Shown: positions 9,101 through 17,401, counted from the stretch's first letter. The stretch is DNA of 64,000 bases from Candidatus Sungiibacteriota bacterium (GCA_016203665.1 JACQMJ010000004.1:68214-132213); one strand, 5' to 3'. Numbers and translations are program-made. The notes: generated by a model from the sequence alone, not told the origin.

Positions 9101-9752
9101 ATGCGGCTTTGATGCGGAACCGCACATAGACCGAGCGGTCTTTCACGGTCGCATAGCCGAGGCCGAGTTCGTGCGTGGAAAGCGCTGTCCCGCAGCGCGG
9201 GCACCATGGCACGACCTTGAAGTCCCGATAGAGAAGTTTTTTCTCCCAAAAGGACTTAATGATCCACCAAAGCGTTTCTATATAGGAAGGTTCGGAGGTG
9301 ATGTACGGACGCCCGAGATCCAGCCAGAAGCCGATGCGTTTCGTGAAGCCATCCCACTCGGCCTTGTAGCGCCATACTGATTCGCGGCACTTGGCGTTGA
9401 ACTTCGCGATGCCGTAGCGCTCAATGTCTTTTTTTGATTTCAGCCCGAGTTCCTTTTCCACCTGAATTTCAACCGGCAGGCCGTGGGTATCCCAGCCGGC
9501 TTTCCGCTCGACATGATACCCCCGCATGGTCTGGTAGCGCGGGATCAAATCCTTGAAGGCGCGGCTTTCAAAATGATGGATGCCGGGATTGCCGTTGGCG
9601 GTCGGCGGTCCCTCGTAAAAGACAAAACGCTTGCCGCGTTTGGTCTTGGCAAGGGTCTTCTCGAAAACCTTGTTCTCCTCCCAAAACTTGAGAACTTCCT
9701 CCTCGCGTTTCGGGAGGTTCAATTGACGCCCGTCATCGCGCATCTCGGCCAT
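6144..9752 (-). CDS. ileS: isoleucine--tRNA ligase with an inserted histidine-phosphatase domain
   Basis: 1202-aa ORF with class I motifs: PGIHH (HIGH-type), WCPRCGT, DQTRGWFY and KMSKSRGN. A ~195-aa foreign domain is inserted (listed as a separate feature). Confidence 0.95.
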   Translation of the reverse strand: MAEMRDDGRQLNLPKREEEVLKFWEENKVFEKTLAKTKRGKRFVFYEGPPTANGNPGIHHFESRAFKDLIPRYQTMRGYHVERKAGWDTHGLPVEIQVEKELGLKSKKDIERYGIAKFNAKCRESVWRYKAEWDGFTKRIGFWLDLGRPYITSEPSYIETLWWIIKSFWEKKLLYRDFKVVPWCPRCGTALSTHELGLGYATVKDRSVYVRFRIKAASRQWQNTSILSWTTTPWTLPGNVALAVNPKEEYVSVPDPEAKGRWVVLGHKTLDALIEKGVFPPEYRNRTMLDDIDVFWGKKIIGLEYEPLFSVPELQNEKSHRVYPADFVAMEEGTGVVHTAVMYGEDDYRLGAKIGLPKFHTVDETGHFINNLGEGLGGLFVKDPKTEDAIIGSLKQRGLLFAEEMYEHEYPFCWRCDTPLLYYARQAWWVKMSALRKELVAENKRINWVPEHLKHGRFGEFIREARDWAFSRERYWGTPLPAWQCEKCDAVRIIGSLKELDDLDPQPTTLILMRHGEALHNVNGLVNPSPANDGKNILTARGKDDALLAARRLKREGIQAIVASPSLRAQETAKIVAKALGIKRIETLPELTDINIGGFEGQPVDEFRASFSNFAARFTDGPRGAENLREVRARMIAAVFAIQKKHPGKRALVVTHGDPSWVLMAALEGLPEADYPSSPYLEPAEFRAIRLHNWPYNDTGELDLHRPYADEIRLRCRKCSGKMRRAPEVCDVWFDSGAMPFAQAHYPFAFAEGRKSKVKGKKLLFPADYICEAIDQTRGWFYTLLAVSTALGRGTSYRNVISLGHVLDKNGQKMSKSRGNVIEPLPMIAKYGTDAIRWYFYTVNAPGDPKRFDEKDILLRLRGALSTLWNSFVFFDTYVDKVKSPAFAEATAGKQKLKVKSANVLDRWVMARIDELTAAVTGRLDAYDIVGAARLLDYFIVEDFSNWYVRRSRRRFQRPESSAAREAASAVHGAVLLQLTELMAPFTPFLSEVIYQKLKPKLGLREESVHLRDWPASAKATASKPTAKLKAKSQKLKALLDGMAEVRRLAALALAERAKAGLRVRQPLTKLEVKSSRLKVPGLLTLLQDEVNVKTVVIDPRLADEVKLDTTITTELREEGLVRELVRNIQELRRDAGLKPGELVRVQISGAGNIAALIERWSPFIQREAGAARIEIGGKWSTAITRDVELDNGAIKLGIRRA
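7653..8244 (-). other. histidine phosphatase (PGAM/CobC-like, branch 1) domain inserted in frame within ileS
   Basis: The motifs TTLILMRHGEALHN, SPSLRAQETA, DINIGGFEGQ and ALVVTHGDPSW supply the RHG, second Arg, Glu and distal His. The insert is flanked by the conserved IleRS blocks WQCEKCDAVRIIGSLKEL and DLHRPYADEIRLRCRKCSGKMRR. Confidence 0.8.
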
Positions 9753-9912
9753 ATTAGCGCGTTTTTTGCGATAAAAAAAGCCCCGATAGCAGGGAATCGT
9801 TCGCGGGGGAGAGTAGCGGCGACGGCTTAGCCAGATCGGGACGATAACCGCGTAAGCACTCGCAACCGCCGGACTGCATCTCAGCGGCTTTCTCTTGACT
9901 GTGTATAATGTT

Positions 9913-9950
9913 TATAAGTTTTATTGGCCGACCGTTCAATAAACCTTATG
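9913..9950 (+). repeat. left copy of a 38-nt direct repeat flanking the 9961..10536 gene
   Basis: tataagttttattggccgaccgttcaataaaccttatg matches 10532..10569 at 32 of 38 positions in my hand alignment. Confidence 0.8.
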
Positions 9951-9960
9951 ATATATAAGC

Positions 9961-10536
9961 ATGCCTATCGCGAGGAGATTCATACGCGTCGTGCCGCGGG
10001 CCGTGCGGCCGAGCCTCACCCAACTGATTCTCGATAAAGTCGGCGGGGCCGGAGAGGCACTGCTCGATAGTTTCTTTCCGGCAAAATACCCCGAAGCCCG
10101 GCTCTGGCGAAAGCTACTCGGACTTGACCGGACCTATGAGTTCAAACGGCCGACCTTCATCGCCATTCTCTTCCAACTCAGGGCGCAAGGCCTGGTGGAA
10201 CGTGCGCCGAAACGCGGCCGTTGGTACTGGCGGCCCACCGCCGCGGGGCGTGCAGCACTGACCAAACGGCGGCGCAGCACACCTCCACCGGACGGACGAA
10301 AACGCCTCGTTTGTTTCGACATCCCCGAGCGGGATCGAGCAAAGCGTCAGTGGCTCCGCGGCGAACTCATCGCTGCCGGCTACCACCAGCTGCAAAAAAG
10401 CGTCTGGATCGGTACGACCCCGCTGCCGCAAGAATTAGTCGAGGCGCTCGATGCGCTCGGACTCCGCGGCCGGGTACACCTCCTACGGGTCGAGTCCGAA
10501 GGAACCCTCAACGAACGGCGGGTCGGTGATGTATAA
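9961..10536 (+). CDS. PaaX-like regulator (winged-helix N-terminus, PaaX_C/Cas2-fold-like C-terminus)
   Basis: 191-aa ORF. The C-terminal RLVCFDIPERDRAKRQWLRGELIAAGYHQLQKSVWIG pattern is typical of the PaaX C-terminal domain. Confidence 0.65.
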   Translation: MPIARRFIRVVPRAVRPSLTQLILDKVGGAGEALLDSFFPAKYPEARLWRKLLGLDRTYEFKRPTFIAILFQLRAQGLVERAPKRGRWYWRPTAAGRAALTKRRRSTPPPDGRKRLVCFDIPERDRAKRQWLRGELIAAGYHQLQKSVWIGTTPLPQELVEALDALGLRGRVHLLRVESEGTLNERRVGDV

Positions 10537-10569
10537 GGTTTATCGGCCGATCGGTCAATAAAGATTATG
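10532..10569 (+). repeat. right copy of the 38-nt direct repeat
   Basis: tataaggtttatcggccgatcggtcaataaagattatg. It starts inside the stop codon of the 9961..10536 gene. Confidence 0.8.
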
Positions 10570-10627
10570 GTCTTTGGCGCCGGTCCCAACGCAACAAAAA
10601 AACCCCGCGACTCCTCTCGGCGCGGGG

Positions 10628-11314
10628 CTACTCGGTGATGAGCTTCGGAAGCTCGGCCAGCGATCCGATTATATGGTCCTCCGGCACGCCTTCCCGGATG
10701 AACGCATGGCGCGGAAGGCCTCCTGAAAGCACCGCAACGAACGGTATGCCGGCCCGATTCGCCACTTCGATGTCGGCGTACCAGTCACCCACGTAGAACG
10801 AGTCGCCTGACTTTACACTGACATCAGCAAAAATCGGCTCGAGAATGCGCGGGTCCGGCTTTTCATAGCCGGCTCGTTCACGCGTGGCAATGGAATGAAA
10901 CCACGCAGGATCGATGCCGGCATGTTTGAGCTTTGACGCTATGGCTCGCTCATCATTCATCGTACAAAGCGCTACCATGATGCCGTTCTCACGAAGCCAG
11001 CCGATGGCCTCGATGCTTCCAGGTATCGGCGGGTAACCGATGCGCTCTTCCTCCCCCCGGAACGCCCAGTAATACGCCCTAGCGTCATTTTCCGAAAGCC
11101 ATGGCCAGAGCGATCGTACGATAATGCTGAAACGCGGATGACCGCGATTACTGCCGTCGCAGTGGCCGGCGAGATAGGCCTCGATGGGCTCGAGCGGCAA
11201 ACCCCGTAACCTCGCGGCCTGTCGGAGGATAGTGCCGTAGTTCGCCATGAGATCGACCACCACCCCATCAAAGTCAAGAATGCCGAGCCGCACTTCATTG
11301 CCAAAGAGCTTCAT
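10628..11314 (-). CDS. HAD-superfamily hydrolase (phosphoglycolate phosphatase-like)
   Basis: Start moved to the ATG at 11314 (MKLFGNEVRLGILDFDGVVVDL, DxDG motif I), which is preceded by the perfect SD AAGGAGGTGA. Motif IV is YVGDWYADIEVANRAG. Confidence 0.85.
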   Translation of the reverse strand: MKLFGNEVRLGILDFDGVVVDLMANYGTILRQAARLRGLPLEPIEAYLAGHCDGSNRGHPRFSIIVRSLWPWLSENDARAYYWAFRGEEERIGYPPIPGSIEAIGWLRENGIMVALCTMNDERAIASKLKHAGIDPAWFHSIATRERAGYEKPDPRILEPIFADVSVKSGDSFYVGDWYADIEVANRAGIPFVAVLSGGLPRHAFIREGVPEDHIIGSLAELPKLITE

Positions 11315-11436
11315 GCGGTTCACCTCCTTTCCGGACGCCACCGTATCATTTCTCACCACCCTCACACAAGCTCGGCGGCGCGCTTCTCGGGACACTCAAC
11401 TGAAGAGCGAGCTCCGGAAGCGCGCCGTCGAGCGTC

Positions 11437-13185
11437 TCACATCTCTTCCGGCGCTTCGATACCAAGAAGACCCAGACCGTTTTTCAGAGTATCCGCGATG
11501 CCGGAGACGAGCGCCAACCTAAATTCCAGCTTAGCCGCATCCGTTTCCTGCAAAACGGGATGGGAATGATAAAACTCGTTCGCAAGCTTGGCGAGACCAA
11601 AAAGGTAGCTCGCGAGTGTATTAGGAGTGTAATCCCGGAGTGCATCCTCAATCGCCTCCGGCAGCCGGAGCATGGCTGCGAGGAGCCGGTGCTCGAGCGC
11701 GTCAAACGCTGATTTCTCAATTTCTAATTTCCCAATTTCCTTTCCGTACTTTCGCAAAATGCTCCTCAATCGCGCATAGGTGTATTGGAGATAGGGCGCT
11801 GATGCCCCCTCAAGGTTCAGCATCTGATCCCACTCGAACGTGATATCCGAAAGACGATGGTGGAAGAGGTCGTAGTACTTCACTGCTCCCACGCCGACTG
11901 CCCTCGCTATCCTCGCTTTCTTTTCCTCCGGCAGCTCGGGATTCAGCCGCTCGACGACGGCGCGGCTGCGCTGGATCGCCTCTCCAAGAACTTCCACCAG
12001 CGGTATCAGTCGCCCTTCGCGGGTGGCGAACTTCTTCCCGCCCGGCCCGAGCATCATGCCGAACTTCACATGCACGAGTTGCCCCGGCTTGGCGTACCCC
12101 AAGAGTTCAGCCGAGCGAAACACCTGTTCAAGGTGGAACGTCTGCTGGTTCGCGGCGACATACAAAAGCTTGCTGGCGTTCCACTGCTGTATCCTGTGGC
12201 GAATGGCGGCAAGTTCCCGAGTGGTGTAAATCGTCGCCCCGTCTGATTTTTGAATAATCTCCGGCGTCGAGCTACTGGGAATGGGGATGACCACCGAACC
12301 ATCATCGCTCCTCTTTGCGATGCCGCGCTCGAGCGCGTCATGGATAATACCCCGCAGTTCCGGTTCGTAGAAGCTCTCCCCAATGGTGTGTTCGATCTTC
12401 ACGCCAAGGAGTTCATACACCCGGTTGAAATCCCGCAGTGACTCGTCGAGAAACCACTGCCAGAGCTTGCGATTCTCCGGATCACCGTCCTCCAGCTTCT
12501 TGAACTCCTCCCGCCCTTCCCCAAGTAGTTCAGTGTTTTCCTTCGCAGCCTGCGAGAACCGGACGTAGAGATCCAGCATCTCTTCAATGGGGTGCGCCTT
12601 AATTTTTTCAGGATCCCCCCATCGCTTGTAGCCGGCGATGAGCAGTCCGAACTGTGTGCCCCAATCGCCAGGGAAGCTCAACGACACCGCCTGGTAGCCT
12701 CCGGCCCGCAGAAGGTTCACGATCGCCTGCCCGATGATGGTCGATCGCAGGTGGTGCACGCCGAGGGGCTTGGCAATGTTCGGCGAGGAGTACTCCACAA
12801 CAACGGTCTCCCCATTCCCGAGATCGCTCCGCCACCAAATATCCGGCTCGGCGAGCGCAGCGCCGAGCGAGCCCGCGAGGAGCTCATCGGAGAGACTGAT
12901 GTTCACGAATCCGGGGGCGGCCGCCGCGGCGGCCGCCACGACTGCGGCTCCGCGGGAAGCAGAGCATTTTCCCAACCGTGCCGCGATATGTTCAGCAACT
13001 TCCAGTGGCGGGCGCCCAATGCGCTGGCCGATGATGAGGGCTGCATTCGTGGCGTAATCGCCGCGGTCGGCCTCTTCCGACGCCGTGACCGTAAACAGAG
13101 GAACATCAAATGGCGGGAGCGCCTTCTCCTGTTGCAGATCGGCAATAGCCCGCAGGATCAATGGCCGCAATTGGTTCCGAAACAT
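11437..13185 (-). CDS. argS: arginine--tRNA ligase
   Basis: 582-aa ORF with typical ArgRS N-terminal, catalytic (HHLRSTIIGQA) and DALR anticodon-binding regions. Confidence 0.93.
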   Translation of the reverse strand: MFRNQLRPLILRAIADLQQEKALPPFDVPLFTVTASEEADRGDYATNAALIIGQRIGRPPLEVAEHIAARLGKCSASRGAAVVAAAAAAAPGFVNISLSDELLAGSLGAALAEPDIWWRSDLGNGETVVVEYSSPNIAKPLGVHHLRSTIIGQAIVNLLRAGGYQAVSLSFPGDWGTQFGLLIAGYKRWGDPEKIKAHPIEEMLDLYVRFSQAAKENTELLGEGREEFKKLEDGDPENRKLWQWFLDESLRDFNRVYELLGVKIEHTIGESFYEPELRGIIHDALERGIAKRSDDGSVVIPIPSSSTPEIIQKSDGATIYTTRELAAIRHRIQQWNASKLLYVAANQQTFHLEQVFRSAELLGYAKPGQLVHVKFGMMLGPGGKKFATREGRLIPLVEVLGEAIQRSRAVVERLNPELPEEKKARIARAVGVGAVKYYDLFHHRLSDITFEWDQMLNLEGASAPYLQYTYARLRSILRKYGKEIGKLEIEKSAFDALEHRLLAAMLRLPEAIEDALRDYTPNTLASYLFGLAKLANEFYHSHPVLQETDAAKLEFRLALVSGIADTLKNGLGLLGIEAPEEM

Positions 13186-13234
13186 AATGGCTTCAATCTA
13201 ACAGAACCGGACGGAATAAAAAACGGAGCGGGCC

Positions 13235-13474
13235 CTAAGAACCGCTCCCGAACCGCGAAAAGAGCTTCCCTCCCACGTGCGCAAGAGCTGTCGCGGCGGC
13301 TCCGATCGCAATGACCGAGATCGCCCCGAGGACGCGGATCACCCAGGCCATCGTCCACCCCGCGTTGAGCGGTATGGAGTCCTCTTCTCCCGCTTCGCAG
13401 CGGCATCCGCCTTCGCGCGCGACGGAAACAACCGGGTGAGGAAGCGGGCAATTTCCGTATCCCTGACAAACCAT
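13235..13474 (-). CDS. small Cys-rich protein with a C-terminal TM helix (hypothetical)
   Basis: An internal ATG at 13474 is preceded by GGGAGA. The product is MVCQGYGNCPLPHP...AWVIRVLGAISVIAIGAAATALA. The longer track ORF would overlap smpB. Confidence 0.4.
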   Translation of the reverse strand: MVCQGYGNCPLPHPVVSVAREGGCRCEAGEEDSIPLNAGWTMAWVIRVLGAISVIAIGAAATALAHVGGKLFSRFGSGS

Positions 13475-13518
13475 CGTGTCTCCCTTTTTCGGATGTGTTA
13501 GCGTAGAAATACCACGAT

Positions 13519-13965
13519 ATGCCCGTACTAGCAACCAGCCGCCGCGCCGAATTTGACTACGAGATCCTCGAAACATATGAGGCCGGCCTTGAACTTTTCG
13601 GGTTTGAAGTTAAATCAGTGCGTGCCGACCGCATGAACTTGGCAGGAGCGTTCGTGCTCATGCGCGGCGGAGAGGCATGGCTCGTCAATGCCGCCATCCC
13701 GCCCTACCAGGCCGCCAACACCCCGGCCGGCTACGATCCGGAACGTCCGCGAAAGCTCCTCCTACATCGCCGCGAGCTAAAGGAACTTATCGGCAAATCC
13801 GCGCAAAAGGGCTTGACTTTGGTCGCTTTACGGGTGTACACTAAAGGCCCGCGGATTAAAATCGCGTTCGGGCTTGCCCGCCGGAAAAAGACGTACGACA
13901 AGCGCGAGCGCATCCGCGAACGGGAAGATCGGAAAAAAATAGAACGGACCCTGCGCGAACGCTAG
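13519..13965 (+). CDS. smpB: SsrA-binding protein SmpB
   Basis: 148-aa ORF: ATSRRAEFDYEILETYEAGLELFGFEVKSVR...KLLLHRRE. Confidence 0.95.
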   Translation: MPVLATSRRAEFDYEILETYEAGLELFGFEVKSVRADRMNLAGAFVLMRGGEAWLVNAAIPPYQAANTPAGYDPERPRKLLLHRRELKELIGKSAQKGLTLVALRVYTKGPRIKIAFGLARRKKTYDKRERIREREDRKKIERTLRER

Positions 13966-14340
13966 GGGGTGATAGGCCTCGACGAAATATTGTTCGCTCA
14001 AGGGGCAGGCCGAGGGCGCTTGGGACACCTCGCTAAAAACCCGCAACCAATAAGTGCAAACTTATTCAAAAACGCCTTTAGTCCTGCTCTTGCAGTAGCC
14101 TAACGGCGTCCCCGCTCCGGTAAGCCGGAGCGGCATCGGCGGACGGATGCTCGATACGTCCTCACCGGTGTCACTTATCGAGCTGGGCCGCGGAACTCCG
14201 GTACCGCGGCCGAGATGCACCGGAAAAGCGTTGGAGGATTTTGCCCGGTTTAACCGCCAATGCCCATACCAGCCGGGCTACGCCTGTAAACCTCATGAGC
14301 CGGCATATTCCGGACGGGAGTTCAATTCTCCCCACCTCCA
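13965..14340 (+). ncRNA. ssrA: tmRNA (SsrA)
   Basis: The 5' GGGGGUG pairs with the 3' CACCUCC, including the G3:U alanine identity pair, followed by discriminator A. The T-arm is GGGAG-UUCAAUU-CUCCC. The tag reading frame runs from GCA at 14056 to TAA at 14103 and encodes ANLFKNAFSPALAVA. Confidence 0.9.
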
Positions 14341-14347
14341 TACCATG

Positions 14348-14374
14348 AAAACCGCCCCCTGAAGGGCGGTTTTC
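14348..14374 (+). terminator. intrinsic terminator after ssrA
   Basis: aaaaccgccc-cctgaa-gggcggtttt hairpin with a T-run. Confidence 0.75.
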
Positions 14375-14447
14375 ACTCCACGCCGAAATTGACTTCTCCC
14401 CTTATTTCCGCTACCGTTCCTAGGTATCAGATGAGACTCGCTTAACA

Positions 14448-14963
14448 ATACCCGTTATCCTCCGACGCTACCGCATAAACAATCAGATCCGCGCTCCGCG
14501 CGTGCGCGCCATTGACGAGACCGGGAAAAACCTCGGCGAAATGGGGCTGGAAGACGCGTTTAAGATCGCCGAGGAGCGCCGGCTCGACGTGATCGAAATC
14601 GCGCCGACTGCCAACCCGCCGGTGGTGAAAATAATGGATTTCGGCAAGTTCAAGTACGACGAGGCGAGGAAAGAGCGCGAGCACCGGCCGAAGGAAAAGC
14701 ACGTCTCGGAGGTAAAAATGCTCCGCATCGGGTTCAAAACGGGCCGGCACGATCTTGAACTCCGCGCCAAGCAGTCCGAAGAGTTTCTGGCTGAAGGCCA
14801 CAAGGTTAAAGTAGACATGGTGCTCCGCGGCCGCGAAAAGGCTCTTCGCGACTTCGCCCGTAAGAGATTTGCCGAGTTCCTTGCGCTCATCCCTGGACAC
14901 GCGCTTGAGCAGGGCATCAAGGCCACGCCGCATGGGTTCACGGCAATCTTGAAACGGGCCTAA
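14448..14963 (+). CDS. infC: translation initiation factor IF-3
   Basis: The track ORF starts at GTG 14502, but the in-frame upstream sequence reads (I)PVILRRYRINNQIRAPRVRAIDETGKNLG, the conserved IF-3 N-terminus. A non-ATG start (ATA 14448 or ATC 14457) is therefore likely, as is usual for infC. The exact start is uncertain. Confidence 0.85.
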   Translation: MPVILRRYRINNQIRAPRVRAIDETGKNLGEMGLEDAFKIAEERRLDVIEIAPTANPPVVKIMDFGKFKYDEARKEREHRPKEKHVSEVKMLRIGFKTGRHDLELRAKQSEEFLAEGHKVKVDMVLRGREKALRDFARKRFAEFLALIPGHALEQGIKATPHGFTAILKRA

Positions 14964-15030
14964 GGCTAAAAAGACAAAGACGAACGCAGTATGCCTTTGT
15001 CTTTAGTCCTCCAACTTTCGTCCCACGAAC

Positions 15031-15213
15031 ATGGCTAAACCCAATAAATCCATCCGCAAACGCATCAAGCTGACCAAAACCGGCAAACTCATCCGTAGGG
15101 TCGCCGGCCAGAACCATTTCAACGCCAAGGAATCCGGCCGCATGCGGCGCCGAAAAGGAACAAGCGTTCCATTTCCCCGTTCGTTCCGCCGCGAAATTTT
15201 AGCTCGCCTCTAA
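15031..15213 (+). CDS. rpmI: 50S ribosomal protein L35
   Basis: MAKPNKSIRKRIKLTKTGKLIRRVAGQNHFNAKESG. Confidence 0.93.
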   Translation: MAKPNKSIRKRIKLTKTGKLIRRVAGQNHFNAKESGRMRRRKGTSVPFPRSFRREILARL

Positions 15214-15279
15214 CATCACCTAATCCGTCATCGCAGCCGCATATTTGCAGATCCGCATTCATTTGTAGATTAGCACCAT

Positions 15280-15624
15280 ATGTCCCGAGTCAAACGCGGC
15301 GTCATTGCCCACAAGCGGCGCGAGAAAACCCTCCGCTACACAAAGGGGTTCCGCTGGACGAGGAAATCCAAGGAGCGCGCAGCCAAAGACGCGCTCCTCC
15401 ACGCCTGGTCCCACGCGTTTAGCGACCGTAAGCGGAAGAAACGCGAATTCCGGCGGCTCTGGAATATCAAGATCAATGCCGGAGCGCGGCTCCATGGCCT
15501 TTCCTATTCACGCCTAATCTCTTCACTTCAAAAAAAGCAGATCGCGCTCGACCGCAAAATACTCGCCGACCTCGCTGAACACGAGCCGAAGGTGTTCGAG
15601 CGTATAGTAGCCGCGGGAAAGTAG
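15280..15624 (+). CDS. rplT: 50S ribosomal protein L20
   Basis: MSRVKRGVIAHKRREKTLRYTKGFRWTRKSKERAAKDALLHAW. Confidence 0.95.
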   Translation: MSRVKRGVIAHKRREKTLRYTKGFRWTRKSKERAAKDALLHAWSHAFSDRKRKKREFRRLWNIKINAGARLHGLSYSRLISSLQKKQIALDRKILADLAEHEPKVFERIVAAGK

Positions 15625-15632
15625 CGGAATAG

Positions 15633-15665
15633 AAAACCGCCCGGCCATTTGCCGGGCGGTTTTCT
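15633..15665. terminator. bidirectional intrinsic terminator between rplT and the ZIP gene
   Basis: aaaaccgcccggc-cattt-gccgggcggtttt hairpin, with an A-run and a T-run on its two sides. Confidence 0.8.
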
Positions 15666-15739
15666 ATAATCTCTTGCAGAGCACCGCGGGCGGCTCGCCT
15701 CGCCGAAGCTTTGGCGAAGCGCGGGAAGCCCGTGGGTAT

Positions 15740-16483
15740 CTATTCCGCGAAGTAAAGACCGAGGAAATACATCACGCCAATGCCTGCGGACATAAGGGCA
15801 AGCTGCACAATGAGATGCCACATGCCTGTCTCCTCATGCGTCTCGGGAATGAGGTCCGACATGGCGATGTAAAGGAAGTTACCGCCGATAACGGCAAGAA
15901 GATATGGCAGGAGCCAAGCAAACGATTCTCCGGCCGCATAGCCGAGGAGCGCTCCAGCAAGGGTGGTGAGCGAAATCGCGAAATTCGCCCAAAGCGCACG
16001 CGAGCGCGAATAGCCGCCGCGGATGAGTACGCCAAAATCGGCAACTTCCTGCGGCACCTCGTGGACGAGAACGGCAACGGTCGTCGCGATGCCGAGGGGT
16101 AGGGAAACTAGAAAACTCACCGCAAGTGCGATGCCATCAATGAAGTTATGGATGGCATCGCCAAAAAGGATGAGCGTGGCGAAGGGACGGATCTCGCCAT
16201 CGTGCCCGCCGTGATGATGGTGATACCAGCGGAGCGCCTTTTCGGCGGCGAAGAAAACCATTATGCCCAGGGCGACATAGCCGAAGGCCGCCTTTTCTCC
16301 GATCGCCTCCATAGCTTCGGGGATAACGTCAAAAAAGGTAACGCCGATGAGCGCGCCGATGGCAAAACCGAGCATGCGGTGGGCAAGCCACTCGGCCACG
16401 GATTTACGCATGAGGACAAAAAATCCGCCCGAAAAGGAAACAATGGATTCGGCAAGGGCGGCGAGAACAATGGGAATTAGCAT
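15740..16483 (-). CDS. ZIP family metal (zinc) transporter
   Basis: 247-aa polytopic ORF with HNFIDGIALA and HEVPQEVADFGVLI motifs. Confidence 0.88.
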   Translation of the reverse strand: MLIPIVLAALAESIVSFSGGFFVLMRKSVAEWLAHRMLGFAIGALIGVTFFDVIPEAMEAIGEKAAFGYVALGIMVFFAAEKALRWYHHHHGGHDGEIRPFATLILFGDAIHNFIDGIALAVSFLVSLPLGIATTVAVLVHEVPQEVADFGVLIRGGYSRSRALWANFAISLTTLAGALLGYAAGESFAWLLPYLLAVIGGNFLYIAMSDLIPETHEETGMWHLIVQLALMSAGIGVMYFLGLYFAE

Positions 16484-16500
16484 GAAGAAATGACAAATAA

Positions 16501-16854
16501 CTAATGACGAACGACTAATAACTTCGGCGAGTGGATGCGATAGCGAGGAAGGCTGATGCGCCCGGCCGAAATCTCTACGCCCTCCGCCAGGAGTTTTTTT
16601 ATCTTCCCAGCAGTTCCGCCGGGCAGGCCGAAGCCGCCGACCCGACCGTCCGAGCGAACCACGCGGTGGCAGGGTGTTTTGGGATCGCGGTTTTGTCCGA
16701 GAACGGTTCCGACGCGGCGCCAGGCCCGGGGACAGCCCACGGCGCAGGCAAGGTCAGCGTACGTGGCGACATGGCCGCGGGGGATGCGCCGCGTTGCGGC
16801 GTACACCCCGTACCACAACTGCTGGGATTTTGGCTTGAAACATGCTCTTGCCAT
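16501..16854 (-). CDS. ogt: methylated-DNA--protein-cysteine methyltransferase (MGMT/Ogt DNA-binding domain)
   Basis: PCHRVV active-site motif in TPCHRVVRSDGRVGGF. Short single-domain form (117 aa). Confidence 0.88.
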   Translation of the reverse strand: MARACFKPKSQQLWYGVYAATRRIPRGHVATYADLACAVGCPRAWRRVGTVLGQNRDPKTPCHRVVRSDGRVGGFGLPGGTAGKIKKLLAEGVEISAGRISLPRYRIHSPKLLVVRH

Positions 16855-16867
16855 GCGTCGCTACGGT

Positions 16868-17401
16868 TTACCTCCGCTCGCGGTGGTGAGGTGCCCGCGT
16901 TGTGGTACGGGGTAAATTTTTTTCGATAAATTCATAGGCCTGCTTCAAGATGGCCTGGGTATTCTTGTACCGCGCCACCTTCAACGCTTCGCGGTACGTG
17001 AACCAGGCAAACCCCTCATGCTCTTCGGATATGGCTATATGGCGCGTTCGCGCCTCAACGAGATAATATATGACGATCTTGAATACCTGGCCCCGCTCTG
17101 CCGCCGGCTTGGCATTAGAAGTCGCGGGCTGGGCATAGCGATCAAAAAATGTGTAGCGGTCCGTGGCGCGGAAGCCCGAGAGGACCCGCATATCCTGATG
17201 CTTTAATCCAGTTTCCTCCTCCACCTCGCGCAGAAACGCCTGGGTGGCGCGCTCGCCCTCCTCAAGCTTGCCCTTGGGAAAATTCCAGTAGTTACGGCCG
17301 TGGTAAAGAAGAAGAAACTTCAAATGCCCGCCTGCCTGCCGGTCAGGCAGGTCGCGGCCGCGGCGGAAAATTACGGCTCCGGCTGAAATAACTCGCCTCA
17401 T
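16868..17401 (-). CDS. NUDIX hydrolase
   Basis: Nudix box GKLEEGERATQAFLREVEEETGL. ATGA overlap with polX. Confidence 0.88.
   Translation of the reverse strand: MRRVISAGAVIFRRGRDLPDRQAGGHLKFLLLYHGRNYWNFPKGKLEEGERATQAFLREVEEETGLKHQDMRVLSGFRATDRYTFFDRYAQPATSNAKPAAERGQVFKIVIYYLVEARTRHIAISEEHEGFAWFTYREALKVARYKNTQAILKQAYEFIEKNLPRTTTRAPHHRERR

Noticed and set aside
9753-9912. A T-box riboswitch upstream of ileS.
   Set aside because: I could not find the T-box consensus (AAUNNGGGUGGUACCGCG-like) or a convincing specifier loop and stem I. The nearest stretch, ccggcggttgcgag, matches only partially. It is kept only as a generic attenuator candidate pending cmsearch.
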